From assembly GCF_009914755.1 (NCBI RefSeq), contig NC_060925.1: a DNA stretch of 64,000 nucleotides; one strand, 5' to 3'. A program made the position numbers and the translations under genes. Each line of letters opens with the position of its first letter. The first letter of the stretch is position 1. This document shows positions 15,734-29,539 of the stretch, in pieces. The stretch is from the human T2T-CHM13v2.0 reference genome, Homo sapiens. Below the pieces are notes generated by a model. The model saw nothing but the letters and a program-made list of their open reading frames with translations, did not search any database and was not told the origin of the DNA.

Positions 15734-16557
15734 AACCCTATGGCTATCATCATATTTAATGGTGAAAAACTAGAAGCTTTTCCACTAAGATTAGGAACAA
15801 AGCAATAATATCCTCTCCCCCTAGTCTTTTTCAACGTTGTACTAGTTAATGCAATAGGACAATAAAAGGGAATAAAATATATACAGGTTTTGAAGGAAGA
15901 AATAAAACAGTCTTTGTTCATAGAAGACATGATTATCTATCTAGAAAGTCAAAAATATCAACAAAAAAAGTTCTGAAAGTAATAAATCATTATAGCAAGG
16001 TTGGGGAATACAAGATTACTGTAGAAAAGTCAATCACTTTCCCATGTATAAATAGTGAACAATTGGAATTTAAAATTCAAAACACAATACCATTTACATT
16101 AGCATCCCAAGAAATGAAATACTTAGTTATAAATCTAACAAAATATGTACAAGATGTACATGAGGAAAACAACAAATTCTGATGAAAAAATAAGAAAACT
16201 AAATAAATGGAGAGATATTGAAGCAAGAGGAACTCTCATTTACTGCTGGTAAGAATGAAAAATGGTACAGACACTTTGGAAGACAGTTTGGCAAATTCTT
16301 ACAAAACTAAACACACCCTTAGCATACAATCCAGCAATCATGCTTCTTAGTATTTCCCCCAAAGAAATAAAAAATTTAGAGCCACACAAAAACCTGCAAA
16401 TGGATGTTTAAGGCAGCTTTATTCATAATGGCCAAAACTTGGAAGCAACTAAGATGTTTTCAGTAGATAAATGGATAAATAGAGTGTGGTACATCAGACA
16501 AAGGAATATTATTCAGTGCTAAAAATAAAAGAGCTCTTTATTTGCCTGTTGGGGCTG

Positions 16558-17730
<1,173 letters not shown>

Positions 17731-17734
17731 AAGA

Positions 17735-18080
17735 GGCAGCTGTAATAAGTACCATAGACTGGGTAGCTAAAACAGTGGACATTTATTTCTTACAGTTCTG
17801 GAGGCTGAGAAGTCCAAATCAAGGTGCCTGCCAAACTGGTTTCTGGCAAGGGCTCTCTTCATACCTGCAGATGACCTGCTTTTTGCTACGTCCTCACATA
17901 GCACAGGAAGTCATCTCTCTTGCTTTCTCTTTTTCCCACCAATCCCATCATAAAGGCCCTACCCTCATGAGCTCATCTAACCCTAATTGCCTCCCGAAGA
18001 CCTGATCTTCAAACACCATCACATTGGGAGTTAGGGCTTCAATACATAAGTTTTTAGAGGACACAATTCAGTTCATACAT
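17735..18080 (-). mobile_element. MLT1A/B-like LTR
   Basis: taccatagactgggtagctaaaa...acagttctggaggctgagaagtccaa...ggacacaattcagttcataca. Confidence 0.8.
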
Positions 18081-18089
18081 AGCAGGCTG

Positions 18090-18395
18090 TAACATTAAGA
18101 GGTTGGGGAAAAGAGGAAACTGGGGGAAAAAAGAGACTGCCAAAGAGAAATATGCAGGATCAACCAGTAAAATAGGTGGAAAACCAAGAGAGTGGTGTCC
18201 TAGAGGCTAAATTTACAAAGAATATTAAGGAAGAAAATGTGATAAAATTTATTCAAATGCTTCTGGGAAAGTCAAATAATAAGAAAATGACCATTAAATT
18301 AGGGACATGGGGATTATTGGTGAGATTTACAAGAGAATTTTGGTGCAATTTTGGGGTGAAAGCCTGATTAGAGTAAGTTTGAGAGAGAATGGGAA
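18090..18395 (-). mobile_element. L2 fragment
   Basis: Purine-rich antisense L2-like motifs (ggaaaaccaagagagtggtgtcc; aagcctgattagagtaagtttgagagagaatggga). Confidence 0.6.
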
Positions 18396-18399
18396 TATG

Positions 18400-19460
18400 G
18401 TAACAAGCTGATTTGGAATCCCCTTGAATTTCTCTACAAAACAAATAGATCAACTACGATTGTAAAACAAAAATCCACAGAGAACATCTACAGCAACACT
18501 GGATGACAAGGTATCTCCAGGAACTCCAAAACATCAAAATGTGTAGGGACAAAAAATTAAGAGCTAAGAAACTCACATGGTATTATGATATCATACAGGA
18601 GATGTGGCGAAAAGGCAATGGAGTTTTCAATAGCCCTGAAACAGAAGAATCCTCAAATGCCAACAAATTCTCACTGCAAAGCACACCACGCATCTGGAAA
18701 CAGCTCCTAAAAGTGGAAGGGCACATAGCATCTAATTTATAGGTAAGGTAAGTGCAAGGGGACCATAATAAGTTGTATAGGCTAGAGTGGTTTGTACCCC
18801 GTGAACAAAATGAAGCTCACTTCTAGTACAAAGCACCACACTAAAGAGAAACTACTAAAAGTAGAATCCAGATTGAGCAGGACAAGGACAATCAGGGTAT
18901 AGCAAAGAGGAGATCCAGAAAAAGTGATGAAGGGGACGCAGGAAACAGATCCCAGCAGATATGAGGATATATCCTTCTGAGAAAACAACAGAAAATGAAG
19001 CTTCGAGCCAAGAAGCTAATAGAAAAGATATTTTGGCCCACCTTTCTTTCTTAAAAGTAGTGAAAAACTAATTTTCTGAGGCATAGAAAAGGATAATTTG
19101 ATATTATAAAAAAATTTTAAATAAATTTTTTAAAAAGGGACAGAAAACACCCTTACAGACAATTAATAGCATGCCAGAAACACATGCCCAAAAACTTATG
19201 AAAACTATAATCATCTAGTATCTCAAACTGAGCCAAAAACAATTTTAAGTGGTGGAATCAATGAATGCCCATTCTAAATTAAAGTATTAAAATACGAAAG
19301 TAAAGTAATTGTAGAAACTTTTGATTCGAAAGGAAGGAAATATGTAGATAAAAGAGTCATTTCAGAAATGAAGACTAGAAGAAATACAAAAGTGAATAAA
19401 TGTGACAGACAATGCATTAAAAGAAACAGAAAGGGAAAAGGAGTAAAATTCTAAAACGTT
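18400..19460 (+). mobile_element. HAL1-like / old L1 5'-ORF1 fragment
   Basis: acatctacagcaacactggatgacaaggtatctccaggaactccaaaa resembles the recalled HAL1 5' region; A-rich ORF1-like sequence follows. Confidence 0.5.
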
Positions 19461-19465
19461 TTTTA

Positions 19466-20485
19466 GTTTGTGTTACAGCTCTTTCAGTCCTGCCACTTGG
19501 CAGGTCCGGAGTTCTTGTCCTGTGTCCAGGAAGAATGACATACGTGGACAGCTGGATGGTGAGCAAGGTGGAGATGAGCTTTATTGAGCAACAGAACCGC
19601 TCTCAGGAGACCTGAAGTGGGTAACTCCTTTCCACAGGCAGGTAGTCCCAACGAGTCAAGGAGACCAGAAGTGGGTAGCTCCTTCCTGCAGCTGGTAGTC
19701 CTGATATCTGTGTGAGTGTGGCGGGTCCTGGAAGTTTTTATGTCTCAGAAGGGAGGAAGTACATGCTGATTGGTCCATGGGCGACCATGGCCGGGCCCAG
19801 GAAAAGCACCTAAGTTCTCATTCCAGGCCGTGGACTCCATCCAGACCTGATAGCCTGGCCCCCAGGCTTCGGGCTGTCCCTGGCTTGAAGGTGGGGCTTC
19901 ACTGGAAACCTGTCCCTTTCTGCCCAGGAGCCTATCTGCCTCATTCCGTCATCAATCACATCGTCCACAGCATCCAGTCTGTTTCTGCCAAAGGGTGCCT
20001 GCAAGCCCTTGCCGAGCCACCTTCAGCACCCTCTTCCACTTCTGCCTCCCTCCCGCACTCATCAGTGCCAAAAGTACGGAGGGGGCTGAGGCAGCAGGGG
20101 GCTGGTGTGTCAGCATCTCCCTGAGCATGTACACACCTGGCTGGGTTGTGACAGTGCCTGGGCTCGGCCACAACTTTGCTCTATCTCAGAGCGGGTACAG
20201 GGAGCTAGGAGAGGCCAGCGAGTAGAAGCAGGCACTTTTGAGCCTGTGGAACTGGGGGGTGCTTCCTGGGCACCCAAGAGCACAGGAATGTCTGGGTCTG
20301 GAGCCACAGCTGGGCACCTGCAGCCTGGGAGCACGGGGCTTCTGTCCCACTGACCCAGTAGGGGGAGGGGCTCCTGCCTATTCCCTCCCCTCTGGCTCTG
20401 CAGAGCACACAGCCCCAGCCATGCCTTTGCTGATGCAGCTGGCATCTACACAGCAGCTGCTCTGGACGGGCTAGTGCTACTGTCA
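19466..20485 (-). mobile_element. MER52-family LTR, copy 1 (3'-truncated)
   Basis: Reverse complement begins tgacagtagcactagcccgtcc. CCAAT 19769-19773, TATA-like 19735-19742, AATAAA 19580-19585. Homologous to 22916-24070. Confidence 0.88.
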
Positions 20486-22478
20486 CTGGGATAACTGGCT
20501 AGCCATTTGCAGAAGATTGAAACTGGACCCATTCCTTACATCATACACAAAAATCAACTCAAGATGGATTAAAGACTTACATGTAAAACCCAAAACTATA
20601 AAATCCCTGAAAGATAACCTAAGAAATATCATTCTTGACATAGGACCTGGCAAAGATTTTGAAGCAGGATATTTCCCTGACCCCTTTGCATGTGGGAACT
20701 GGAATGCATGGGTGCTGGCAGGGGTGAACTCCATTCACTTGACCTGCTGTGCTGCACCCCTCTTGGGAGAGGGAGCACACAGGTGAGTAGGTGCAGGAGC
20801 CTGGACAAGCACTTTGGGGTGCTGGCAAGAGCAAACTCTGTACTGGCCTTGTGGCAGCATCTGGGGTGTGTCTGCAACCCCTGAAGCCCCAGAGGAAGTG
20901 CTACAGTGCTCTTTTAGCTTTGCCGCCCATGGATGGCTTAAGTGTTAACATCTCAGTGGAGGGTCAGTGTGACAGCCTTTTGTACCCACACTTGTGACAC
21001 CTGAGTTCTTGTCCGGCATCCAGGAGGAATGACGTTGCACGAACGAATTGAAAATGGTAAATCAGCAGATTTTATTGCTGATGAAAGTGGCTCTCAGTGG
21101 GAGAGGGAGCTTAAAATGGGTTGGAGCAGGAAGTCCCCACTCCACCATCCCCAGCCAGACTTCTCTCTGAAGCTAGGCCATCAAGCTATCCCTTGGAAGT
21201 CAAGCTGCTTCTCTCTTATGTCCATTTGTAGTCTCTGACATCCAGTTGCTATTCTCCTCTTCTGTGTCAGCTGAGTCTGGGATTTTTATGGACGCAGGAT
21301 GGAGGGTGGGGGTTTTGGAAAAGGCAACATTGGAGCCGGAAAACACGGGTGTATGTTCTCACTTTGGGCCATGGTATCAGGTTTTTTGGCTTGAGGGTGG
21401 GGCCCTCACCGGTGACCCACCCTCCTCTGCCCAGAATTTCCCTGCCTCCTGTCCCTATCAATTTCATGATGAAGATGCCAAAAGCAATCGCAACAAAAAC
21501 AAAAATTGACAAATGGGACTTCGTTAAACTAAAGAGCTTCTGCATATCAAAAGAAAGTATTAACAGAGTAAACAGACAACCTACAGAATGGGGGAAAATT
21601 TTTACAAACTATGCATCTGACAAAGGTCTAATATCTGGAATTTTTAAGAAACTTAAATTTATAAGAATGAAACAACCCTATTTAAAAAGTGGACGAAGTA
21701 CATGAACAGGCACTTTTCTAAAGAAGACATGCATGTGGCCAATAAGCATATGAAAAAATGCTCAACATCGCCATCATTAGAAAAATGCAAATAAATCACA
21801 ATGAGATCCATCTCATACCAGTCAGGATTATTAAAAAGTCAAAAATAACAGATGGTGGTGAGGTTGTGGAGTAAAGGGAATGCTTATACACTGCTGCTGG
21901 GAATGTAAAATAGTTCAGCCATTGTGGAAAGTGGTGTAGCAATTCCTCAAAGAACTAAAAACAGAATTACACTCAACCAAGCAATTTCATTATTGGGTAT
22001 ATACCTGAAGGAATGTAAATTTTTCTACCATAAAGACACATGCACACATATGTTCTTTGCAGCACTCTTCACAATAGCAAAGACATGAAATCAACCTAAA
22101 TGCCAATTAATATTAGACTGGATAAAGAAAATGTGTGCATGTACACCATGGCATACTTGCAGCCATGGAAAAGAATGAGATAATGTTATTTGCAGCAACA
22201 TGGATTGATCTGGAGGCTATTATCCTGAGTGAATTAATGCAGGAACAGAAAATCATATACTGCATGTTCTCACTTATAAGTGGGAGCTAAACAATGAGTA
22301 CATATGAACACAAAAAAAGGAACAACAGACTCTACTTGAGGGTGGATTTGCGAAGGTGGGTGAGGATTGAAAAAATACCTATTAGATACTATGCTATACC
22401 TGGGCAATGAAATAACCTGTACACCAAATCCTTGTGACATGCAATGTGCCTATATAACAAACCTGCACATAAACCCCA
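20486..22478 (+). mobile_element. L1PA13-16/L1PB-like ORF2 C-terminus and 3' UTR (LTR1-interrupted)
   Basis: Peptides [20 protein letters not shown] and [22 protein letters not shown]; 3' UTR ending acaaacctgcacat; no poly-A. Confidence 0.92.
20660..21460 (-). mobile_element. LTR1-family (HUERS-P2-type) solo LTR
   Basis: Reverse complement tgatagggacaggaggcagggaaattctggg...ggggtcagggaaatatcctgcttca; 4-bp TSD attt (20656-20659 and 21461-21464). Confidence 0.88.
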
Positions 22479-25400
22479 CATGTCTTCTTTTGAAAAGTGT
22501 CTGTTCATGTCCTTTGTCCACTTTTTAATGGAGTTGTTTTATTCTTGTAAATTTAAGTTTCTTAAAGATTCTAGATATTAGACCTTTGTCAGATGCATAG
22601 TTCACAAACATTTTCTCCCATTCTGTAGGTTGTCTGCTTACTCTGTTGACAGTTTATTTTGCTATGCAGAAGCTCTTTAGTCTAACGAAGTCCCATTTGT
22701 CAATTTTTGTTTTTGTTGTGATTACTTTTGGCATCTTCATCATGAAATCTTTGCCAGGTCCTATATACAGAATGGTATTTCCTAAGTTATCTTCCAGAGT
22801 TTTTATATTTTGGGTTTTACATTTAAGTTTTTCATCCATTTTGAGTTGATTTTTGTATGGTGCAAGGAAGGGGTCCAGTTTCAATCCTCTGCAAATGGCT
22901 AGCCAGATATTCCAGTTATGGCAGTGGCGGCCCATCTGGAGCGGCTGCTGCAAAGACTCCAGCTGCAGTGGGGAAGGCATGGCTGGGGCTGCATGCTCTG
23001 TGGACTGGCGGGGGCCAAGAACAGGCGGCAACACCAACCCCTACTGAGTCAGAAGGCAGGAGCCCCGAGCTTCCAGGCACAGCTGCAGCCACCCAGCTGT
23101 GGCTCCCGACCCAGGCATCCCAGTGCTCTTGGGGGCCCAGGAAGATCCCCCAGCTGCCACAGGCTTGGAAGTGCCTGCTCCTGCTCCCTGGCCTCCCCCC
23201 CTCCCAGGACTCACTCTGAGGTGGAGCAAAGTTGTGGCCAAACCCAGGTGCTGTCACAACCCGGCCAGGTGTGTGCACACTCAGAGCAGAGCTGACACAC
23301 TAGCCCCTTGCTGCCCCTTGCTGCCTTGGCCCCCTCCAGACTCTGGGTGCCGACAAGTGTGTGAGGGATGTCAGGAGGTCTGAAGGTAGCTTGGCATGGG
23401 TCTGCAGGCACCCCTTGGCATGAACTACCTGGGTGCCATGGACAACACGATTGATGGTGGCAGGAGGCAGACAGACTCCTGGGTAGAAAGGGGCAGTTTC
23501 CCAGTGAAGCACCACCTCCAAGCCAGGGACGACCTGAAGTGCTGGGCTGTCAGTTCCAGGTGGAGTCCATGGCAGGGAGCGAGAACTTATGGCGCCTTTT
23601 TTGGGCCTGCCCATGGCCACCCATGGACCAATCAGCATGCACTTCCTCCTTTCTGAGCCCATAAAAATCCTTGACCTGGCCAGACTCACACAGACATTGG
23701 AACTACCAGCTGCAGGAAGGAGCTACCCACATCAGGTCTCCTTGACTCATTGGGACTACCTGCCTGTGGAAAGGAGTTACCCACTCTGGATCTCCTCTTG
23801 GCTGAGATCTCCAACTCATCAGGATGACCTGCCTGCAGATACAAGCTACCCACTCCAGGTCTCCTCTCCACTGAGGGCTGCACTTGTCAGAACTACCTTC
23901 CTGTGGAAAGGAGCTACCCACTTTGGGTTTCCTGAGAGCTGTTCTGTTACTCAATAAAGCTTCTTTCTGCCTTGTTCACCATCCAGCTGTCTGTGTACCT
24001 CATTCTTCCTGGACATGGGACAAGAATTCAGGACTCAGCGAATAGTGAGCCTGAAAGAACTAACAAAAACAGAGCTGAAACATGCCCCTCCCCACCGCCC
24101 TGCCACCACCTCTCACCATGCTGTGGGCAATGAGAAAGAGAGAAGAGCTGCAGCCTTTTGGGGAGCCCAGACCTAGAGGCTCCCTGAGCCAGGGTTGTGA
24201 CACCCTCTTCGAGACTCTGCAGTTTCTGGCATCTCCAAGCTTTTGGGCACCACCACCACATTCTCCTCATCCAGATACCGGTGCCTGCTGCAGAAGCCAC
24301 TTGTGGTGCATCTGATCTAGTGGCAGGCTTGCACAGAGCTGGCGCCTGTGCCAGCACCTGGCCTGCTGCAGCAGCTGGCATGCCTGGCTGCGCACACTGG
24401 CTGGACCCTGCACTGACTTGCTCACACACCCCTCACAGCTCCATGCCTGGCTCACCCTTGGCAGGTGTGGGTTCTGGGCTGGCAGCAAGAGCCAAGTGCA
24501 GCCTGCCCGGCCAAGTGGGTGGAAGGAGCCCAGCAGGCCCAAGCAAAACTCGGGCAAAAGCACCACCAGCCACAGAGGTTTCCGGCTGGAAAAGTGACAC
24601 CTGAATGATCCCGAGACACCAGCACCATTTATTGAATAGGAAGTCCTTTCCCCATTGCTTGTTTTTGTCAACTTTGTCGAAGATCAGAGGGTTGTAGGTG
24701 TGTGGCATTATTTTAGGGCTCTCTCTTCTGTTCCATTGGTCTACATGTTTGCTTTTATATCAGTATCATGCTGCTTTGGTTACTGTAGCCCTGTAGTATA
24801 GTTTGAAGTTGGGTAATATGATGTATCCAGTTTTGTTCTTTTTTGTTAGGATTGTCTTGGCTATTTGGGCATTATTTGGTTCCACATGAAGTTTAGAGTA
24901 GTTTTTTCTAATTCTGTAAAGAATGTCATTGGTAGTTTTATAGGAATATCCTTGAATCTGTAGATTGCTTTGGGTAGTATGGCCATTTTAATGATATTGA
25001 TTTTTCTATCTATAAGCATGAAATGTTTTCTTGCTTGTTGAGTTCTTGTTGTTGAGATCTTTCACCTCCCTAGTTAGCTGTATTCCTAAGAATTTTATTA
25101 TTTATGTGGCTATTGTGAATAAAATTGTATTTCCGATTTGGGTCTTGGCTTAGATGTTGTTGGTGTATAGGAATGCTACTGATTTTTGTACATTGATTTT
25201 GCATCCTGAAACTTTGCTGAAGTTGTTTATCATCTCAAGGTGTTTTGAGGCAGAGGCTATGGAGTTTTCTAGATATAGAATCGTGTTGCCAACAAACATG
25301 GATAGTTTGACTTTCTCTTTTCCTGTTTGGATGCCTTTTATTTCTTTCCCTTGCTTCATTACTCTGGCTAGAACTTTCAGTACTACATTGAATAGGAATG

Positions 25401-26860
25401 GTGAGAGTGGGCATCCTTTTCTGGTTCTTGTTTTCAGGGGGAATGCTTCCAGCTTTTGCCCATTCAGGATGATGTCAGCTGTGGATTTGTCATAGATAGA
25501 TCTTCTTGTTTTGAAGTATGTTCCTTCATTGCCTAGTTTATTGAGTGTTTTTAACATGAAGGGATGTTGAATTTAATCAAAAGTTATTTCTGCATCTATT
25601 GAGATGATTCTGTGGTTTTTGTCTTTAGTTGTGTTTATGTGATGAGTCGCATCTATTGCTTTGTCAATGTTGACTAAACCTTGCATTCCAGGGATAAAGC
25701 CTACTTGATCATGGTGGCTTGGCTTTCTCAAGTGCTGCTGGATTCAGGTTGCTAGTATTTTTGTTGAGGTTTTTATGATCTATGTTCATCCAAGATATTG
25801 GCCTGAAGCTTTCTCTTTTTTTGTTGTGTCTTTGCCAGGATTTTTTATCAGAATGATGTTGGCATCATAAAATGAGTTAGGAGCAGTCTCTTCTCCTCAG
25901 GTTTTTTGTTTGTTTGTTTTGTTTTTGGGATAATTTCAATAAAAATGGTACCAGCTCTTTTTTATCCAACTGGTAGAATTTGGTTGTGCATCCATTCAGT
26001 CGTGGGCTTTTTCTGGTTGGTAAGCTTTTTATTACTCATTCAATTTTGGAACTCATTATTCGTCTGTTCAGGGAATCAATTTCTTCCTGGCTCAATGTTG
26101 GGAGGTTGTGTTTCCAAGAATTTATGCATTTCTTCTAAGTTTTCTAGTTTGTGTGTACAGAATTGTTCTTAGTAGTCTCTGATCATTTTTTCTGTGTTTC
26201 TGTGGGGTCACTGGTAATGACCCTTTGTCATTTCTAATTGTGTTTATTTGGATCTTTTCTCTTTTTGTATTTCTTAGTCTAGCTAGCAGTCTATCAATCT
26301 TATTTTTTCTTTCAAAAAACCAATTTCTGGATTCAATGATCTTTTTGTATGCGTTTTTGTGTCTCAATTTCCTTCAGTTCAGCTCTGATTTTGGTTATTT
26401 CTTGTCTTCGGCTGACTTTGAGGTTGGTTTGCTCTTATTTTTCTAGTTTCTCTAGGTGTGATGTTAAGCTGTTAAATTGAGATCTTCCTAACTTTTGAAT
26501 GTGTGTATTTAGCACTATAAAATTCCATGTTAATACTGTTTTAGCTGTGTCCCAGTGATTCTGACCTGTTGTATCTTTGTTCTCATTAGTTTCAAAGAAT
26601 TTCATGATTTCTGCCTTAATTTCATTGTTTACGCCAAAGTCATTCAGGAGCAGGTTGTTTAATTTCCATATAATTATATGATTTTCAGTGATTTTACTAG
26701 TATTGATTTTTATTTTTATTGTGCTGTGGTCCAAGAATGGGGTTGGTATAATTTTGTGTTTTTTTTATTTGCCAAGAATTGTACGACCAATTATATGGTC
26801 AATTTTAGAGTATGTGCCATGTGCAGATGAGAAGAATGTATATTCTGTTGTTTTGGGGGT
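22479..26860 (-). mobile_element. L1PA13-16/L1PB-like ORF2 (EN end through RT), MER52-interrupted
   Basis: Peptides [37 protein letters not shown] and [18 protein letters not shown]; disrupted by stops and frameshifts. Confidence 0.93.
22916..24618 (+). mobile_element. MER52-family solo LTR, copy 2 (full length ~1.7 kb)
   Basis: ttatggcagtggcggcccatctggagcggctgc...gaaaagtgacacctgaatgatcccgagaca; 4-bp TSD ccag (22912-22915 and 24619-24622). CCAAT 23628, cataaaaa 23660, AATAAA 23953. Confidence 0.92.
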
Positions 26861-27409
26861 AAATACACTAATGATATTTGTTAGTAGTAAAGTCCTTAAC
26901 TGTGAAATCCCCTTTACAAGATGTTCTGGTTTAAGACTGCATATCATAAACAAACATACAGATTCTAGTAATAATTAAAGCATGGCTCACTGGAGAATAT
27001 TGCCTAGATTACACAAAAATCTGAGGTATAAAATGAAAGTATTCCATAACCCAAAGACTCACCAATGTGTAAGATGATGTACTGATTTCACTTAGGGACT
27101 TCAGCTATCATTCTAGTCCATAAAGTACATTTTCAGTGCAGAAAGGGAGTACCTGGGGAGTCCTGTGGGTTTTCACAGACCTCTTTTTTCTTTCTTTGTG
27201 CTTCTTGATTGCTTGTATTCTTGAAAGTATTAATAAAGCTAGATCATGTGAGTTGGTTAGCTCAATGTGTTAGCTCAATTGCCAAGTGGGCTTTATGCCA
27301 GATATGCAAGTTCGGTTTACATTAAAAAATCAATCAATGTGATTCATCATATAAATAGGATAAGAGTGACAGGTGTAAACATAATACCATCTCATAACTC
27401 TATAATAAT

Positions 27410-27550
27410 TTATTCCATAAATATTTATTGACTGCCTCCCATGTGCCAGGTACTGCTCAGGACTCTGAGTAGAGCAGTGGGACAAACACACACCACCATC
27501 ACCACCAATAACAACAAAGTCTCTGCTTTCATGGAACTTACATTCTAATC
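27410..27550 (-). mobile_element. L2 3' end
   Basis: aaatatttattgactgcctcccatgtgccaggtactg...ctttcatggaacttacattcta. Confidence 0.7.
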
Positions 27551-28579
27551 ATCTGAATCTGGTGTCTGTGGGAAAAATTCAGATATAGATATTTCTCAGG
27601 TATTTCAATGCATGGAATAGGAGATGCAGACATCTTACTACGTAAATGATTAAAACCATGTCAATCTATATCTAGTTTCCTGAGAATTATAAGAACTCTG
27701 GTTTATTAAAATTTTCTGTGCAAACAAACTAATCCAGCTAACGAGAGAACTAGAAAGATTCAATGTGCGTGTGCACGTGATAGATTGGTTATTGTGCTCG
27801 TCAATTAGATTGCCCTTTAAATATCTTTGGGGTTCTAACAAAGGCATCATCAATTCAATTGAAGTATCTAAGCACCACCCAAGACAATGGACCAAGGCTT
27901 TCTGCCTTCTGTGAACTCTAAAATAACTAACTGATGAATAACTATAGTTCAATACATCCTCTTTTAGTGAATTGTAAGTATGTATATTTCATATGCCGTG
28001 AAGAAATCTGCCCAGTAAATGATGACAGCCAATTACATGCAGACCTCTTGGGTATTCCTATCAGGCTATGATAGGAGAGTTGCCCTGAAAACTGTGCTTG
28101 TGGTTTCTCTATATGGTAAGTCCCCTTCACCTATATGCTGGAAATCAATAATGCTACTTTCTTAGCATTGGGGGAATAAAAACTTTAGTCATAAGTGAAG
28201 GAGCCTTATAGATAATCTTACTAAATTCCCATTTTCTGGTGCTTCAAAGAAATCCTGGAAATACAACTTAGTGGATGAGGCAGATGGCATTATTTCATAA
28301 CCTACCATGTTTACCAGGTCCACCAAGACTATGAAACAAATATATGTTGTAGGTTTTTTGTTAACACTAAGAATACCAGAGATTTGGTTTCTGCCCTGTT
28401 GGACAGCTTATGATATACCACGGAACATTGACTTTGGTATGGTAAACATTATAAAGAAGAGTTGGACTCAGCCTGGTCTGAGGGATGAGAAAGGACTTCT
28501 CATGATATTTATGTTGAGATTGAAGATTGAGGTATGAGTTAACCAGTTGAAAAGAGAAGAGAGGAAATTTGACAAACAC

Positions 28580-29055
28580 TATCAGTTGCCTGCCTCTATT
28601 ATAGAGACTATCGAGGTTAAAAGTTTGATTTCCCACACCATCTTCCAGCAGGGGTAGCCATGTGACACAGTTCTGGCCAATGAGATATAGAGATAAATCC
28701 CTGAAAAGAGCAACCATTCTCTAATAAAAACACAAAGCCTTGCAATGAGAGAGCCTTTTGGTCCTTTCATTTTTTGCTGTGTTTTTCTTAAACCTCGTCC
28801 TTTTTTCCATCTGTACATTGATTTGATGTCCAAGAATGTTGTAGCCATTTTGCCACAATGAGGTTACCTTTATGAGACAAGAGACTGCAGAGGAGAGTAT
28901 TTTCTGGTACTACACTGTTGTGTAGTATCTCCAAATCTGGACTTCTGTCAGAGCTGGGTCAAATGTCTTGCTTGTGAAAGAAGTAAACCCTATCTCTAGG
29001 CGAAAGCTAATTGAGTTTTCTGTTATTTGCTGCTAAGTGCATTCTTACATGACAT
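28580..29055 (+). mobile_element. LTR33/MLT1J-like ancient ERVL-type LTR
   Basis: gccatgtgacacagttctggccaatgagatat; end ttctgttatttgctgctaagtgcattctta. Confidence 0.6.
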
Positions 29056-29127
29056 AGAAAAGAGGCGATAAGTTCAAAAAGTAGGCCTGGGTTTAATAGT
29101 GCCAGGCCTTATAGGCCATTTAAAAAA

Positions 29128-29533
29128 TTCTATCAGTCAGGGTCCAATTAGAGAAGTAGAAGTGTGTGTGTGTGTGTGGGTGTGTGTACACAAACATACA
29201 TATGTTTACCACTTACACAATGTGAGGATGGGCTAGCAAGTCTAAAGTCTGTAAGGGAAGCCATCAGGAGGTAAAGATCACAAGAAGGCTAGAATCCCAC
29301 CGGCATAAGCTGTTTGGTATCTTGAAGCTTGAGAAAGGACTAACCTCTTAAAAGACTCATCTGATTAGGTCAGGCCCACTCAGGATAATCTTTTAATTAA
29401 TTTAAATTCAATTAGTTAGGATCTTAAATCACATCTGAAAAATTTCTTCACAGTAGCACCTTGATTACATTTGATTGAATAACTGGGGACTGTAGTTTAG
29501 CCTAGCCAACTTGAAATATCAAAAGCCAACACA
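29128..29533 (-). mobile_element. MLT2D/E-like LTR with (TG)n
   Basis: tcagtcagggtcc; ctgattaggtcaggcccactcaggataatct; aactggggactgtag...agcctagccaacttga. Confidence 0.75.
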
Positions 29534-29539
29534 TTGACT

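Noticed and set aside
23700-23935. Repeat-spacer pattern resembling a CRISPR array
   Set aside because: These are degenerate internal repeats of a MER52 LTR in a primate genome, with no cas genes.
19777-24708. Dense overlapping ORFs on both strands
   Set aside because: They come from GC-rich, stop-poor MER52/LTR1 sequence and L1 ORF2 debris; no intact gag, pol or ORF2.
20486-26860. Twin-primed (5'-inverted) L1 explanation
   Set aside because: Twin priming gives a head-to-head junction with a poly-A tail. Here the junction is tail-to-tail, lacks poly-A, and duplicates a MER52 insertion that postdates the L1.
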